A stretch of DNA of 61,293 nt, counting the filler, from Sphacelaria rigidula (lineage: Eukaryota): the NCBI GenBank assembly GCA_964200075.2. It is 7 parts of 7 records of this genome, joined end to end, with 100 filler letters (N's around TTAATTAATTAA, not from the genome) between each part and the next. Parts side by side here need not be neighbours in the genome. Positions count along the whole stretch, not along the records: positions 8,772 to 17,442 come from CAXNAA020010435.1; positions 17,543 to 26,213 come from CAXNAA020010436.1; 5 more parts are not named here. One strand, given 5' to 3'. The notes below the pieces were generated by a model. The model was not told where the DNA came from. It searched no databases and was given only the letters and a program-made list of their open reading frames with translations. Of this stretch, positions 11,037-24,349 are shown in pieces (the stretch's first letter is position 1; each line of letters opens with the position of its first letter). The position numbers and the translations under genes were made by a program.

Positions 11037-14000
11037 TCTCAACGTTAGGTTAGATGATGCCTTGTTCCAGAAGCTGGTGGAGAGCCAATGGGAGCACGAG
11101 CGAAAGGCGGCGAGTGGGAACGGGCTCGACTGCGACGGGTTTGTTCGCCTCTTTAATACCATTTGGACTCCGGCGATCTCCTTCGGACGGCATCTTAGAA
11201 AGGCGGCCGGTCGCGGAGACGAAGAACTTGGTGAGTAAGTACCAAGGGGCGAATGATATGCGGTCGGGCTCTGATTTGTCTCGTGAAGCACCTTAACACA
11301 CACACGCGCGCGCGCAAACACACACACTGTATCAGCGGCTTTTTTGGGAACGAAAGTTCGAAGTCGATGCCGTGCTGATAATCTATGAACAGTAGCCAGC
11401 GTTTAGGGGAACAGAGGAGAAATTGGCACTTGGTATATAAACGATGCACTCGGTACCAACCACGTTGTGAGCTCTGGCGATTGATATCCAGGAAGGTTAT
11501 TCGTCCGCATATCTACGTCGATGGCGGCTGGGTCGTCGAACATGCCAAACAGTTGGGGCGTGACGATTTTGTTCCGTGTTGCCCCCTCTGTTCAATTTTC
11601 GTACTCTTCAACGCTCGGGGTCCTCGACCGGTTTAAAATGTGACGGCGCGCACTAAACAGTGTGTTGATGTAGCTTGATATTCGGTGTTGCTCACACCTG
11701 AGGGAAGTAAGTGGCTGTAGATCAGGGTCAGGCACACTGGTGGCTGAACGCACTTGATTGTAACTGACGCTCTTGCGCGTGGGTGTCGATTTTGCTCGGA
11801 CTTGGCAACAATCTTATCACGTCAGTCGGTGAGTAAGCGATTTACTTCTTCGTGGACACGTCTTCGCTCTGAACCGGGAGAGTATGCCACGAATTACCCA
11901 TAGTCTTGGATTACAGTCGCAACTGATAAATTGCTGAGCTCTCCCGCCCAATAATTTTGAAGAGTCTGTTTTTCTCGTTCCTGTGGGCTTCAATGGAGCC
12001 ATTTGAATCACTGTTACAGAATGGACGGCGTGGGGTCACCGCATACAGTATTTCTAGACCAATACACTCAGTCTGAACTCCTATTGTAGCTTAGAAGCCG
12101 TACTTGATCTTCCGATCGTCATCTCATCTCAAGGTTGTATCGCCCAGTCGATGTCGACCGCATTTATCTCGGAATTGGGAGACTTACATACATTACGAGA
12201 TTTAGGCACCATCTATTGTATTCCACGTAACTTTTCTTGTTCAATATGTTTCTTCAACTACAGCTGAATTTTCAGTGCGACTGCATTGTACTTACTGAGT
12301 CATCTGACAACGGAGCCAGCACAAGCTTTGGTGTGCTCCTCTTCAACTATTCACTTGTGTCGGAAAACTACAATATTTGCTTGCTGCCTTATGGTATACT
12401 TGTCGTCTAAAAATGTCGCACCACCCGTTGTGGACTACACCACGTTTCGACTGCGTACACTCTACGATGTACCGCATTTTTTTTCACATCCGGCACGTGG
12501 CACCGTTTTCGGACATCGCGATGCGATACAAAAAACACTTTGCCGTTGATTATGTGGCTCGCGTGCGCCTTGTTCGCCCTCGCGCACCGCGCCAACCATC
12601 AGTGCGAGAGCTGATTTTACGGGGGTGCAACCCCAACACTGGATCGGGTACTGGAGAGACGGCGCTTCACACGATGGCCGCGCATGGACAAGTGGACTGT
12701 GCCCGGACTCTGAAGGCACTGTCCGGGGCAGAGTTTATGGTGCAGCCGAAGGACAAGGTTGGCTATCCTTGTGCGATGACGAAATCCAGGCGGCGACGTA
12801 AAGCTAGTAAAACCGCCACATGAGTTCTTGGCTCTTGTGCATGTCATGGTGTACCGGGGAAAGCTGTGTTCGGGAATCAATCCTGTTACACCGCAATCCG
12901 TGTTGTGATCGATGGAGCAAGTAGATGTAGCAACCGGGAGCCGAAGCCGAGGCACAATGTTGAACGAGGCCCGTATGTTCTTGTGTCCGGCAACAGCCTA
13001 GTACGCCACCCAGGATGATGAAAGCTTTGATGCTCGAAGTTGGCTGTTGTTCATCATCTCACGTTTCGATGGATTTGCTCCACGCCCTCCTATCCGTCAG
13101 CCGTCGCTCAGAATTCTCGCCTTTTGGTCGAACGCTCACCCCCTGCTCTCTTCTACAATATGTCCAGGCGGGATGGACCCCTTTGATGGTCGCAGCGGGA
13201 AATGGACACACCCCATTCATGCGCTTCCTGCTGGAGGAGGGAGCGGACCCGCGCATTGCAAGCGAGAGCGGTGGGTAATTGTGCCGGGCTACACGTGCCA
13301 GAGCGTGATTGCTGCCACATAAAAACTCTGAAATACGTGCATATAGTACGTAGGGTCTTACGTGTTGTGTACTCGTCGAGTCGCCGTAGCTGCGCATCTC
13401 TTTGTCGAGGACTGTTATTCACCGCTCAAAACTGCTGTGCACGTCATGATCTTGTTTAGTTTTTTTTTTTTACATCGACACTCGTAAGTGTCGCGTATGG
13501 TAGATTCTCGTCGCATTCGTGATGACCACGAAGTGTGTTTATATGGGCGTGCTCATCCACTGCGGTCCGGTTTTACGTAAGTCACTCGTGGTTATGTCTG
13601 ACAGGCCGGACAGCTATGCATCGCGCGGCGGCCAGGGGCAGGGAAAACGCGTTGAAGACATTAATTTCGAAGAAAGCCGGCGTAAGTCGATATTTTCTCG
13701 TCCTGTTCGGCGTTTTCGGTTCTACAGGCGCCGGGTATTCAAAGCAGTGTTTCTTGTTCTTGTGTTCGATCTTCGCAATGATGTTCAAAAAGTGCACTGT
13801 GCGATCGCGACTGCTCGCTGGCGGTACATGGAACCGCAATTGCGTGGAGGAAGCAGTAGTCAGATGAGAACTTTCATGCTATCTCGTTGCATTTTTTCCG
13901 ACACGGATCTGTGTGTTGCCCGCTTCGAATGTTCAAGCACGATGCTTGCGGCGAAGTGGGTCGCTGGCTTTACGGGTGAGAACGTCTATTTGTAGCGAAA

Positions 14001-14439
14001 TAAAAGCCTCAACGCTGCCTCCGGCCGTTGTTGTGACTGTTGGTGTTCCTCGCCGTGAAAGGTGGATCGCAAGGATGGGTGCGGATACACCCCATTGCAT
14101 CTAGCGGCCATGCACGACCAGGAAGGGGCTATGAAAGTGTTATTGGAGGCTGGGGTGAGTGGGGCTACATGTAAGCTGGTCGATGATGGCTAGGGAGGGG
14201 CATCACCTGCTGTAGGGGGTACTCCGTCAGCCTTAGTCCATACGTGTCTCATAATAAAAGTTGATGACAATCATACACATATTATGCCATGCTCTACTTT
14301 CCCCCCTTGCTCCCCCTCGTGCACCTTTCAGGCGGATCCCGAAGCGGAGGACGTCCTGGGATATACCCCCAGGCGCTACTGCAGAGACCGAGTGTGGCAG
14401 AACACTATGGATGAACGCGGCGGGGGTGGCCGAAAATAG
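11037..14439 (+). CDS. Ankyrin-repeat protein, last six exons (5' part not found); first visible exon weakly EF-hand-like
   Basis: Exons ~11037-11230, 12603-12757, 13168-13270, 13605-13681, 14062-14154 and 14332-14439 (TAG), with GT-AG boundaries and matching phases. Ankyrin motifs GETALH, GWTPLMVAA, GRTAMHRAA, GYTPLHLAA, GYTP. The acceptor of the first exon is uncertain. Confidence 0.88.
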
Positions 14440-15789
14440 ATATCGTTACCACACTAGGTGCCTCTGCAGGACAGAACTAAATGCATTCATATGTATAGCA
14501 GCAGGCTGCTTGCTCTGCCAGGATTACAGCACAGTAGTGGGTTTGAGTGTAGGCTGTAGCGCGCATTTCCCTTCACCTTTGTAATTTTCTGCTTGTACAG
14601 CTGGAGCGTCCAAGTTACCCTGTATTCAAGTCACTCGTGAAGAACCCTTGGGTATAACAATACAATGATTTATCCTTTCCGTGGAAACATACATCTCCAT
14701 GCAGGCAAGGGACATTCGCCTGTACTTTATTTTAGAGCACGTCTTTTTCGCTGAGACCTCTCAGGAAACATTTCGCTTTCATTTTGCTGGATATTAGGGT
14801 GAGTTTTGTTCTGCTTGGATTTGAAGTACATTTGCTTTCCGTGCTGTGTTCTGCGTGGTGTTAAAGCGTTGTGATCATTCCGTTTGATGCATTCCTCTCT
14901 TGACGTCTCGGTGAACCCGTCGACCGTCGGACGTGTTATCTCTCTCGACCGCACGAAGGTCACACTGATTTGTGGAATCGACACTATCTTCACTTGTAGA
15001 TGGAATCGGCATCATGTTTCATTGAGGATTGGGAAATGTATGAAATCTCCAGCGTGCCATCGTTCTCGACTGAACTCCCAGTGGAGAGCTGGCACACCTC
15101 GAGGATATTTTGTTCTTGCACGCATGTCGCATCGTCTCAGCTGTACTTTTTTTTTTAATTGTCCCTGTACAGCTGCTGCAGCTGCTGCTACTAATCTACC
15201 GTACACGCGATTTTTTTTTTCTTTTTTATCATGAGCCGCTGAACATGAAAGTTACTTTCTCCTGTTTCAGATTTGAATCGGCATCATTTTTCGGATAGTT
15301 TCTGGAATGAATGCTGAGCAGATTTGTGCAAGGTCCGCACACAACTTGCTCAGTTGATGAGCAGCTACGACTTTTTCTTCAAACTATGACATGCACCGTT
15401 ACGCGACGCACACATGAATCACTGGTTCTCATGTTTCTCGGAGTTCGATCAACTGAGAGTGGCGGCGTAAGCCGCTGAAACCCTTGTATATATATATATA
15501 TACTGTATCTGTGAGGCTTGCTGGTTGGTGTCATACACGATTCTTGTAACGTTTAACAATAAAGCGCGGGAGAGGTATGCGCATAGCCGCCGCCGTGCGG
15601 CCGAACTCACGGGATCGGGGTTTAAATGTACTTAGTGTGGAGCGATGTTGAGCCGAACGGTGGAGCATGATTTTCTTTCTTGATATTTAGGCGAGGTTTG
15701 GCCGTGGTCTGGGTGGTAAACTCTTGGACTCAATCTGCACCGGGTACAGAACAATTATCTTTTGTTTTGTTGCTTTGTTGTGACTCCTC

Positions 15790-15975
15790 AGGGCTCGACG
15801 GTGGCTCTTTTTATGTTGAGATCTTCTACCGTTGAGACCTGTTGCCTGGGGTCCCGGAAATATGGCTGTACGGATATGAGAGTTCTTGGCCTCTCGAACA
15901 GTCCGAGGTTGGACTTGGTCCTGTACCGGCCTAGTCACCGGTTTACAAGGCATACAAGTCATCTCTCCGCACATG
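15790..15975. repeat. Dispersed repeat shared with 39262-39465
   Basis: Both carry GGCTCGA(C/T)G(G/A)TGGCTCTT...GGGTCCCG(G/T)AAAT(A/C)TGGCTGTACG...GGCCTCTCGAACAGTC...CTCCGCACAT. Confidence 0.65.
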
Positions 15976-17655
15976 CAAAATTAACCTCCGTATCACCTCC
16001 CCCCTTTATGCGCCCCGAGTCCCTCTTCAAGGGATCGCGGCGAACATTCGAAAGAAGGACACTGCTAGGAGTACGAGTCCACTTCTATACTGGCCTGTTT
16101 TCATTTGAGCGTGTCATATCCTCTATACTGGGTGTTGAACAAATACTATCCGGTAAATTTTATCGGCGTCCCTCTCCAGGCTCATGTATAGTATTCGGGA
16201 GACCTTGGGTTACGTCGGTTTTATGCAGTTTCCCTTCCGGTGACTCGGCATCGGATCAAAATTCTGCATAAATTGCCGTGTAAAATAGCACGCCAGTATG
16301 AGCTCGGCTAAATGGCTTGTAACAATGTAGTAGAATTCGTGGCGACTACCGCGATATAGGGTAATCGTGGGAAAGTTGAAATCAGAGACAGAACGGTGGC
16401 ATGTATGCCTTTCATATGTCTGGGGTATTTTACTTGGAGTCAGGAAAGCTTCTACGGCTATCATTGTCAGCAAGGTCTAGCTCCTTTTGCTGATGAGAGC
16501 TTGATCATCGGATCAAGTCTCTCTTCGCCGGTAACGTGAGTTTTCTGCGTCGTCGAATCTGCCTTCATATTAGATGTATCTTGATTGCATTTTGGATTAT
16601 TTTTTCTTTCTCTACATCGCACGATATTATTTACCAGCTGCGCGGCTCAATCTGTATAGATTCGGGAGTGTCCCGATTTGAGCAGAAATGTGACATACCA
16701 AAGTTGACGTCCAGATAATCGGAGAATCGGTCTGATTTTCTCACAGCTCGCCGAAAAACATGGCCCAACTGACAGGAGTCCGAAAAATCAGCCCACGAGA
16801 AAAAAGTAGCCTGTAGAAGGGCTGAAATCCTCATTTTTGTACAACTACGGATTGGTCCCCATACGTGATGTTATTAGTTTATACCTCGTATTATTAATCA
16901 AGGATAAGTATACCACTCCGTCTGGTCGAAAATAGTAAGTGATGAAGTCGGTTTCGTGTTCCAGCTACCGCGTAAACTCTGCAAAAAAACTTTTGCAGAA
17001 CTGGAGGCCCTTTTGGGGATACACGAAGGAAAGAAACAGATGAATCAACCCAGAGACATAAGTTAACCTCCCCCCCCCCGCCCCCCTTGCTCCGTCTCGA
17101 AAGGGGTGCGTGGTCAATGGTCACACGACTAAGGCAAGTAACAAATGAGTACGCCCCCCCGCCCACGGAGATAGCCGGGTTCTGCCACGGCAACGGGTTG
17201 ATTATCGGGACAAATTGTAGCCACCGCCTCGAGCTCGAAAGCACAATATTTTTCACTTCCATTTTTTTTGTGTGTTTCGTGGGTAAGCGTTCTGGCTACC
17301 CAGGGAAATCTTTACTATGAAAAATGCAATGCATTTTTCATTTCCACCGGGAAAAAAAAGATGAGATAAGGAAACGGGTGGGGGGGGGGCTTACTCATTT
17401 GTTGCTTGCCTTAGTCGTCCGACCATTGACCACGCATCCCTTNNNNNNNNNNNNNNNNNNNNNNNNNNNNNNNNNNNNNNNNNNNNTTAATTAATTAANN
17501 NNNNNNNNNNNNNNNNNNNNNNNNNNNNNNNNNNNNNNNNNNACTTTTTTCTCCCTTTTGGGCAATCAGGCTGAAGAAAGCGTGAATTTGGTGATTTTGA
17601 GTCGTGATGATCTGTCCTAACCTTGAAACCTCCAACACACGTCTTGGACACTTTG

Positions 17656-17899
17656 CATCACCCCACAGAGAGGAGCCCAGTCTGTTCTTCAGATTCGCTT
17701 GGCTCCGAGGTTTCGAGTTTGCCGCTGAACGAAAATTCGTGCGCAAAAATCTGCGCTTGCCGACCCCCGCCAGTTTACCATCACCCCACAGAGAGGAGCC
17801 TAGTCTGCTTTTCAGATTCGCTTGGCTCCGAGGTTTCAAGTTAGCCGCTGAAAGAAAGTTCGTGCGCAAAAATCTGTGCTTGCCTACCCCCGCAACTTT
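17656..17899. repeat. Tandem duplication, 123-bp unit x2
   Basis: CATCACCCCACAGAGAGGAGCC starts at 17656 and 17779, with near-identical continuation. Confidence 0.9.
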
Positions 17900-18603
17900 G
17901 GGCAAACTAGATTGTTGCGGCTGTGTACCATTCGTACCTGCATGCGTCAGCACGCGAGGACATCATTGCACTTTCTTCTCTCGACCACCACAGCAGCAGG
18001 CTGTTGTCGCTCCTCTACAGTAGTCGAAACAAGCAGCTGATCTCAGAAGAAGGTTGTGAGGATACAGCACAGCGTGATCCACTGCGATGGTCCGTCGACC
18101 TGTCCGCCTCTCCGACAAACTGTTCCGAATTTGTGGTATGTCTTGCACGGATGCGTGGATGCTTCGACACCCGTTGTTGCTCTTTGTACGTACGTGAAAA
18201 TGCAAGACTGTGCAGAAGCGAACCAGCTGCGATTGCGCTTGCTGTGGTAGTAGTGGATGTATGGCGATATCGCAGGTTAACAGCGGGTCAAAAACGTTTC
18301 GGTTGCTGTTGCTGTTGCTGTTTCTACCCGATGGCGTGACCTTGTTACTCCACGATGCTGAGGGCTGACCCACCACCCCCAAAAAAGCCGTCTTGAAGTA
18401 CCACGCTGCATGGCTCGAAGTGTAAGGTGATACAAAGATAGTGTATGTGATGCCCTGGCTATGCACGCTGAGGTTGAGATTCATCATGGACACCGCAGGA
18501 GCACCCTGTGTGTGTACTTCATTCCTCACCCGATGCGAGACTGTCAGATGCGGCGATTTTTTCAGCCAATAGAAGGCGTCCCTTCCACATCATGGGCAGA
18601 AAG

Positions 18604-18604
<1 letters not shown>

Positions 18605-18637
<33 letters not shown>
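18605..18637. repeat. (AC)n microsatellite
   Basis: Visible AC run upstream of the repeat-protein ORF. Confidence 0.9.
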
Positions 18638-18638
<1 letters not shown>

Positions 18639-18884
18639 TGGTTGCGTAACTGACGTGTCTGTTTCGCCAGACTTTGTGATACTGTGTGCTGCATCCGCTG
18701 CGGTCCTCTGCTGGCGTGTCCCCAGGCGTGAGTTAGTGAGCGTAGAAGTCCAGTACTTCGGGAAAGGCGTGGTTCGGTGTAGCACGTCTGAACGCATCTC
18801 AGCGGGTGCGGTGCTCCGGCGCCAATAGCTAACAAAAGCTACAACTACAACGCGTCCGTTGCACAGGAGGAGGGAGAGAGCTTG

Positions 18885-20255
18885 ATGATTCAAGCACGGG
18901 GCGAAACACAACGCTATGGTATTGTGGGACGCGCTGATGCTGAACGTGCAGCACCAGGTAGCGCAAGGGATAGCAAAAGTAACGATACCAGCATGATGCG
19001 GAACCCTCTCACAAACCACTCGGACGTGCTTCAACACTTGATCCCCTTCATCACTGGGGAGGGTTACCTGTTCTTGGCTGGGGCTTCCAAGCACTGGAAC
19101 ACGGCGTGGGGGAGTCGGCCTAAGGAGGCCAGCCTACCCGTTGCGGTGCAGTCGGCAACATGCCTGGCGTGGGCGAGGGATAGCGGATGTCCCTGGGACG
19201 AGAGGGTATGCTGCCTAGCGGCCTTAGAAGGCAGATTGGAGACACTTCGGTTTGCTCGAAGTCATGGTTGTCCTTGGAATGAGGAAACGTGTTCCTCCGC
19301 TGCTAAGAACGGGCATTTAGCGGTGCTGCAGTGGTGTAGAGCTCACGGTTGTCCCTGGGATGAGACAACGTGCGATTTCGCTGCCTCGGAGGGGTATCTC
19401 GAAATTCTCAAATGGTGCCGGGCCAACGGCTGTCCCTGGGATAAGCATGCATGCAGTTGCGCTGCCAGGGGAGGACATTTAGAGGTTTTACAATGGCTGA
19501 GGGCGAACGGCTGTCCCTGGGATGAGGAAGCGTGTTCCAACGCTGCCCAGGGGGGGCAGATTGATGTGCTCCAATGGTTGAGGGTGAACGGCTGTCCCTG
19601 GGATGAGGAAACATGTTCCTTCGCTGCCTCGGAGGGCCGTCTAGGAATGCTCAAGTGGTGCAGAGCCAACGGCTGTCCCTGGAATGAGGACACGTGCGCT
19701 GCTGCTGCCGTTGGGGGGCATTTGGAGGTGCTCCAATGGTGTAGAGCCAACGGCTGTAGCTGGGATGAGGAAGCATGTTGCCAAGCTGCCCTTGGGGGGC
19801 ACCTAGAGGTGCTCCAATGGTTGAGGGCAAACGGTTGTCCCTGGGATGAGAAAGCGTGTTGCTACGCTGCCTTGGATGGGCATCTGGAAGTGGTCAAATG
19901 GTGCAGAGCCAACGGCTGTCCCTGGGATGATCGTACGTGTGCCTTCGCTGCCGAGAACGGGCGTCTAGAAATGCTCCAGTGGTACAGAGCCAACGGCTGT
20001 CCCTGGGATGAGAAAACGTGTAATAACGCTGCGCGTTGGGGGCATCTAGAGGTGCCCAAGTGGTGCAGAGCTAACGGCTGTCCCTGGGGTGAGAATACGT
20101 GTAAACTCGCTGCGTGGGGAGGGCATCTTGAAGTGCTCAAATGGTGCAGAGCCAATGGCTGTCCGTGGAACAAAAACGTACTCGAAGCAGCGAAGAAGGG
20201 CGGGCACGCAGAGGTGGCACAGTGGTGCGTTGACAACGGATGCCCGCATTTCTAG
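18885..20255 (+). CDS. Intronless ankyrin-like repeat protein with ~14 tandem 27-aa CxxAAxxGHLEVLQWxRANGCPWD repeats
   Basis: Single open ~456-aa ORF (alternative ATG ~18993). F-box-like N-terminal segment PLTNHSDVLQHLIPFITGEGYLFLAGASKHW, then 81-bp repeats. This repeat type is known from algae and giant viruses. Confidence 0.88.
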   Translation: MIQARGETQRYGIVGRADAERAAPGSARDSKSNDTSMMRNPLTNHSDVLQHLIPFITGEGYLFLAGASKHWNTAWGSRPKEASLPVAVQSATCLAWARDSGCPWDERVCCLAALEGRLETLRFARSHGCPWNEETCSSAAKNGHLAVLQWCRAHGCPWDETTCDFAASEGYLEILKWCRANGCPWDKHACSCAARGGHLEVLQWLRANGCPWDEEACSNAAQGGQIDVLQWLRVNGCPWDEETCSFAASEGRLGMLKWCRANGCPWNEDTCAAAAVGGHLEVLQWCRANGCSWDEEACCQAALGGHLEVLQWLRANGCPWDEKACCYAALDGHLEVVKWCRANGCPWDDRTCAFAAENGRLEMLQWYRANGCPWDEKTCNNAARWGHLEVPKWCRANGCPWGENTCKLAAWGGHLEVLKWCRANGCPWNKNVLEAAKKGGHAEVAQWCVDNGCPHF

Positions 20256-23235
20256 CAAGCGTGTTCACCACCAGCATCAGAAGGGAAGGTGGGTACGCAG
20301 TTGTGGACGTCCAAACCAAACCCCAATGCAAATTCCGTGCTGACTAGAAGCTCTAACGTGTCGTAATATACACACCTCTCCGTCAATATGGTGTACATGA
20401 CGGTGCGGAAGAGGAGGCCGCGAAAAATGTGCGCATAGAACAGCGCGGTACCTCCCACAAGCACGTTGCCCACATCACTCGCCACGCTGAGTTGTGGCTT
20501 GGCTTGTAACTGCCTTCGGGTCATTGTGCTAACAACGCCACCAGTGCAAGCGCAGCAGTATACCCTGGACGCCCCACTGGAGTATTCCTCCAACAGTTTC
20601 CCTCGACACATGGGTCTCCCGGCAGTGTTGTGCGGCGTGTGTAGGCGCCTGTAGCTGCGCTGCCTCGAAGTGGTGTCCAGTGTCCAGTGAACCTTCAGGC
20701 TAGACTACACAGACACAAAACCATGGTGCCTGAACAATTTCACGGCACCTTTGGGTCGTGGCACCGGCGGTGCGCTACACTTGTGACGGCTGTCATGCCA
20801 CGGCTGTCAAGCCACGGCTGTCGCACTCGTCAGTGAGATGTGGCGGAGTGCTTGGATCTTCGGTGTATGACAGGCCTACCGTTGTTCAAGAAAGTCATCA
20901 CTGGTCCGTGATGTGCATGTCTGCAAGGAACATTCCTCCTCCCTCTGTGTGGTGCAAATTGACCGCTTCGACTTCGTATCGAAGTTGGAAAATGCCGAGG
21001 AACGGTGGCTACTAGTATGCCCAGCAGGGCTGACCTCGTGCTTACTTGGCATCAACACACCATTCCCTCTGGATTGTTCCGGTGCCGTCATGCTGTTCTC
21101 GAGCGCAAACATTTCCCACTACTACTACATCACTGTCTGAACACACGTTCAGGCCGTGGCCGGAGTAGCGTGTACCTTATGGGTCTTCGCCACTGTAGGG
21201 TACGGGCTTCAGCGAAACGGTTATGCATGCACGTGCGTCAAGGTGTGCATTTTACAGTTCCACACTACCGCATACAAGGATCCAACGGAAGGCGATAACC
21301 TATCAGAGTAGAGACAGGCATATCTTGCCGTTCCGGATCAGTTTAGCGTACAAGACAGTTTCGACCCCGTCGGTGGCCTGACGTATGGCATACCAATTTC
21401 AGTCACGGGCCCCATACAGGGCATACTGTACAATTCCCCTCAAACTGGCTCACCCGGCGATGCCACGGGCCCACCCCCGGGTAAACGCACTCGGATTACG
21501 TTCCCGGGCTAAAATGAATTACGTTCCTCAATTTTCGTCACTTTCAGCTCGGTGGATCGCTCAGGTGGCGGGTCCATTTCCACTACCGGTTTCAGCCGAG
21601 TACTTCCGATGCCGCAGTACATGCAGACCACAAGCCCGAGCAACCTCGTATTCACTGTTTCGGGTTGAGTCGCATGTGTCTTCAATATTGTCAGAGTAGC
21701 TGCACGCTCCTCGTAAGAAATTTATATGTCACACCAAAATATGGAGACAAATTTATACAACGTGCAACTTTTCATGGCCGTATTGTACAGTGCGGTAATA
21801 TATTCACTTTCGGCTCTCCCTCATTCTCCCACTCGATAACCCCCCCCCATCCCTGTGTCACCGTCTGTCTATACCCCTGCTGCACCTATCGTAGCACACC
21901 GTGAGGGCGACGCGAGATCGAACACTCAAGATTGGCTGCGCAACACAACGATGTCGAAAATTGCGCATCTCGGATATGTGCAGTCCAATATCTATTCACT
22001 TATAGCAAGTACCAGGGTACGGACACCCTCATCTCTCATCTGCGACGACAAGAAGGGGCAGCGAGGTACTACGATGGACAATAGAGCTATTGTGGACGAC
22101 GAGAGAAGCACACGACTCCTCGCTCCCGTTTCTCCAAGGTTGAACGTGGAGAAAATGCGCACATGCAGGAGACTAGGGGCTGGCAGTAGCAGGCGATCTC
22201 GACAGATGAAGTCCGTTGTCCTTGATCTGAGACTTGCACGAAGGTAGTTCGAAGTACGGAGCAATTGAATGGTCGATAGGATGGTAGTTTCGACAAATAC
22301 ACACTGGAGGAGACACACCCTGTTGATTGGTCCACGAGTTGGTGCTTGGTGTTTTGGTACTTTGGACCCGGCTAGCGCTGTTTTCCGAAAACGCGAAACT
22401 TTGCATGGACTTCATCCTCGACAAATCCTAAAGCATCACTGACCTGTACACGTACTAGGTTTGACTGATCGAGGAATTGGCTGTTATGCCCGTGAATGGG
22501 GCCCGATTTTGGCCACTAAATACCGGTAAATTGGACCGACCAACTACGCAGTCAGTTGAATGTAGGAGAAATGAAACCTAAACGAGCCAATCAGTATCAA
22601 TCACAAGTACACGCGTCGCTCGAAATGACGACGGCGCTCATACAAAATGTACTATTGCTACAGTACATTCTACAACACACGTGTGGCTGACGTTGCTGTA
22701 CACCTGCACACAGGGTTACAACAACAGGAGGATAGAAGCTGCTGCTCATGTTGTTGTTGTGCCCCTCTTGTTGCAATATGTTGTTGTGCGAACCTTTCAA
22801 CGCAACTTTCTCGGCAACGAAGCAGAGGATTGTACTGCCGTTTGATGCATGCGCTACCCACACACCAGAACTATTCAGAGTGTGCGGGGGGCTGTGAAGT
22901 GCCATAAGCCGGTTTGCTTTCTATCTCGAGAACTATGCGATGAAAAAATTACAGCTCTCGCATACCTACCTTAAGTAACTGGGAATGGGGTGTGTGTTAC
23001 GTTCGGCAGAGGTTCGGAAGAGATCCGACCAGTCTATGACGTCTTCATTACGTCTTTAGAACCCCTCCACGTTTATTTTAGTTTTTGTGGGCAGCGGATT
23101 TTCGGTCGGTAAGGCCTTGATTCACGGGCATGAGTGTCACACATCAACTGCATGAATGTCGCACATCAACTGATCCGTCACGGAGTCAGCCGTGGTTACA
23201 ATATAGACATGCCCAGCGCGAGTAAGCGTAAACAT

Positions 23236-23400
23236 CTGATTGATTGAATGATTGATTGATTATCGCACTTTAACTGACCTCCAGGGATTCAGCTGCGGTC
23301 ACGTGATGGACGTATCCAAGACAAAACAAAACTGAAACGCTCGCTGAAGAAGAAGAACAAGAAACGTCTAACAGGACGACATAGTAGACCAAGATGCAAA
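23236..23400 (-). repeat. Retroposon 3' end with (CAAT)n tail; further copies at ~36715-36870 (+) and ~39960-40128 (+)
   Basis: Shared CAGCGAG(C/T)GTT...CAG(C/T)TAAAGTGCGA(C/T)A followed by TCAATCAA repeats in three copies. Confidence 0.65.
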
Positions 23401-24349
23401 AACCAAAATGAATAAAAAATCAAGAAAAGCCGAGCACGGAAAAACACCGTACCCTTTCATCTTCCTAGCTGTGCCGTACGGTACTGTAGTGCTTTACGTT
23501 CCATTTCCAACACCCCGTTGCCGCCCCGATTTAATTTGTTTTCAATCGCGGGTAGGTATGAAGAGCTACAAGCCGCTGAGACTTGTCTTGTTCATTACCG
23601 AACTTTTCAAAATCTCTCGACCAAATTTGATATCTGCCCTGTGTCACGGTATTTGGAGGAACCGGTCTCGATGAGTACCAGTACTTCTGTCGGCTCGGAC
23701 AGTAACGGGTTCCGGATATAACCCGTGGATGATTCCGTCTGCTTACCGTGCATTTGAGATTTGGACATTGAGTTTTCATCGTTCCGCAGAGCATGAAATG
23801 GAGCTGGGCAGTTGTGGGGACCAATCTATCGGTCAGGATCTACACCGGTATTTCATAGTATTGATTGTTTTGGGTATACTGCCAGGCATGTTTTGGTTTC
23901 ATTTCTGGTTCTAGGTGTGGCAGAAGACAACCCGTGTAAGATGTGCCTTTCTGAGATGGGTTGAGGCTATCACCCTCCCTCGCTCTGGGTTTGAACTTAA
24001 GCAGCGACCTTCGAACAACTTCTCTTGCTCCTATCGGCTATCAGAGTCCCTGCTGGTGACCCTCTGCATGTGGTTGAAGGCTTACTTGTTTTGTTTAATA
24101 TGGTTGATTTCTCCCACCGCCAGAGATCAACTTGGACTCTGTACGCATGCACTGTGAGACCGGTTCTCGAAAAAAGCACAATATGATTCAAGCCGAAGCT
24201 TTTGTGTGGGACGAGAACTCTTATTTCGAGATACTTGTAAGCCTCTTTTTAGGGCAAGCTTTGATCACTTCCTTTCACAACCAACGATCGGGATCAGCTT
24301 GGGATGAAAACACAACCCCGTGGAAAACGCTCTTCCTGAAAACAAGTAG

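Noticed and set aside
19343-20236. Minus-strand repetitive ORFs (QGQPLALHH)
   Set aside because: Antisense shadows of the GCPWD repeat gene.
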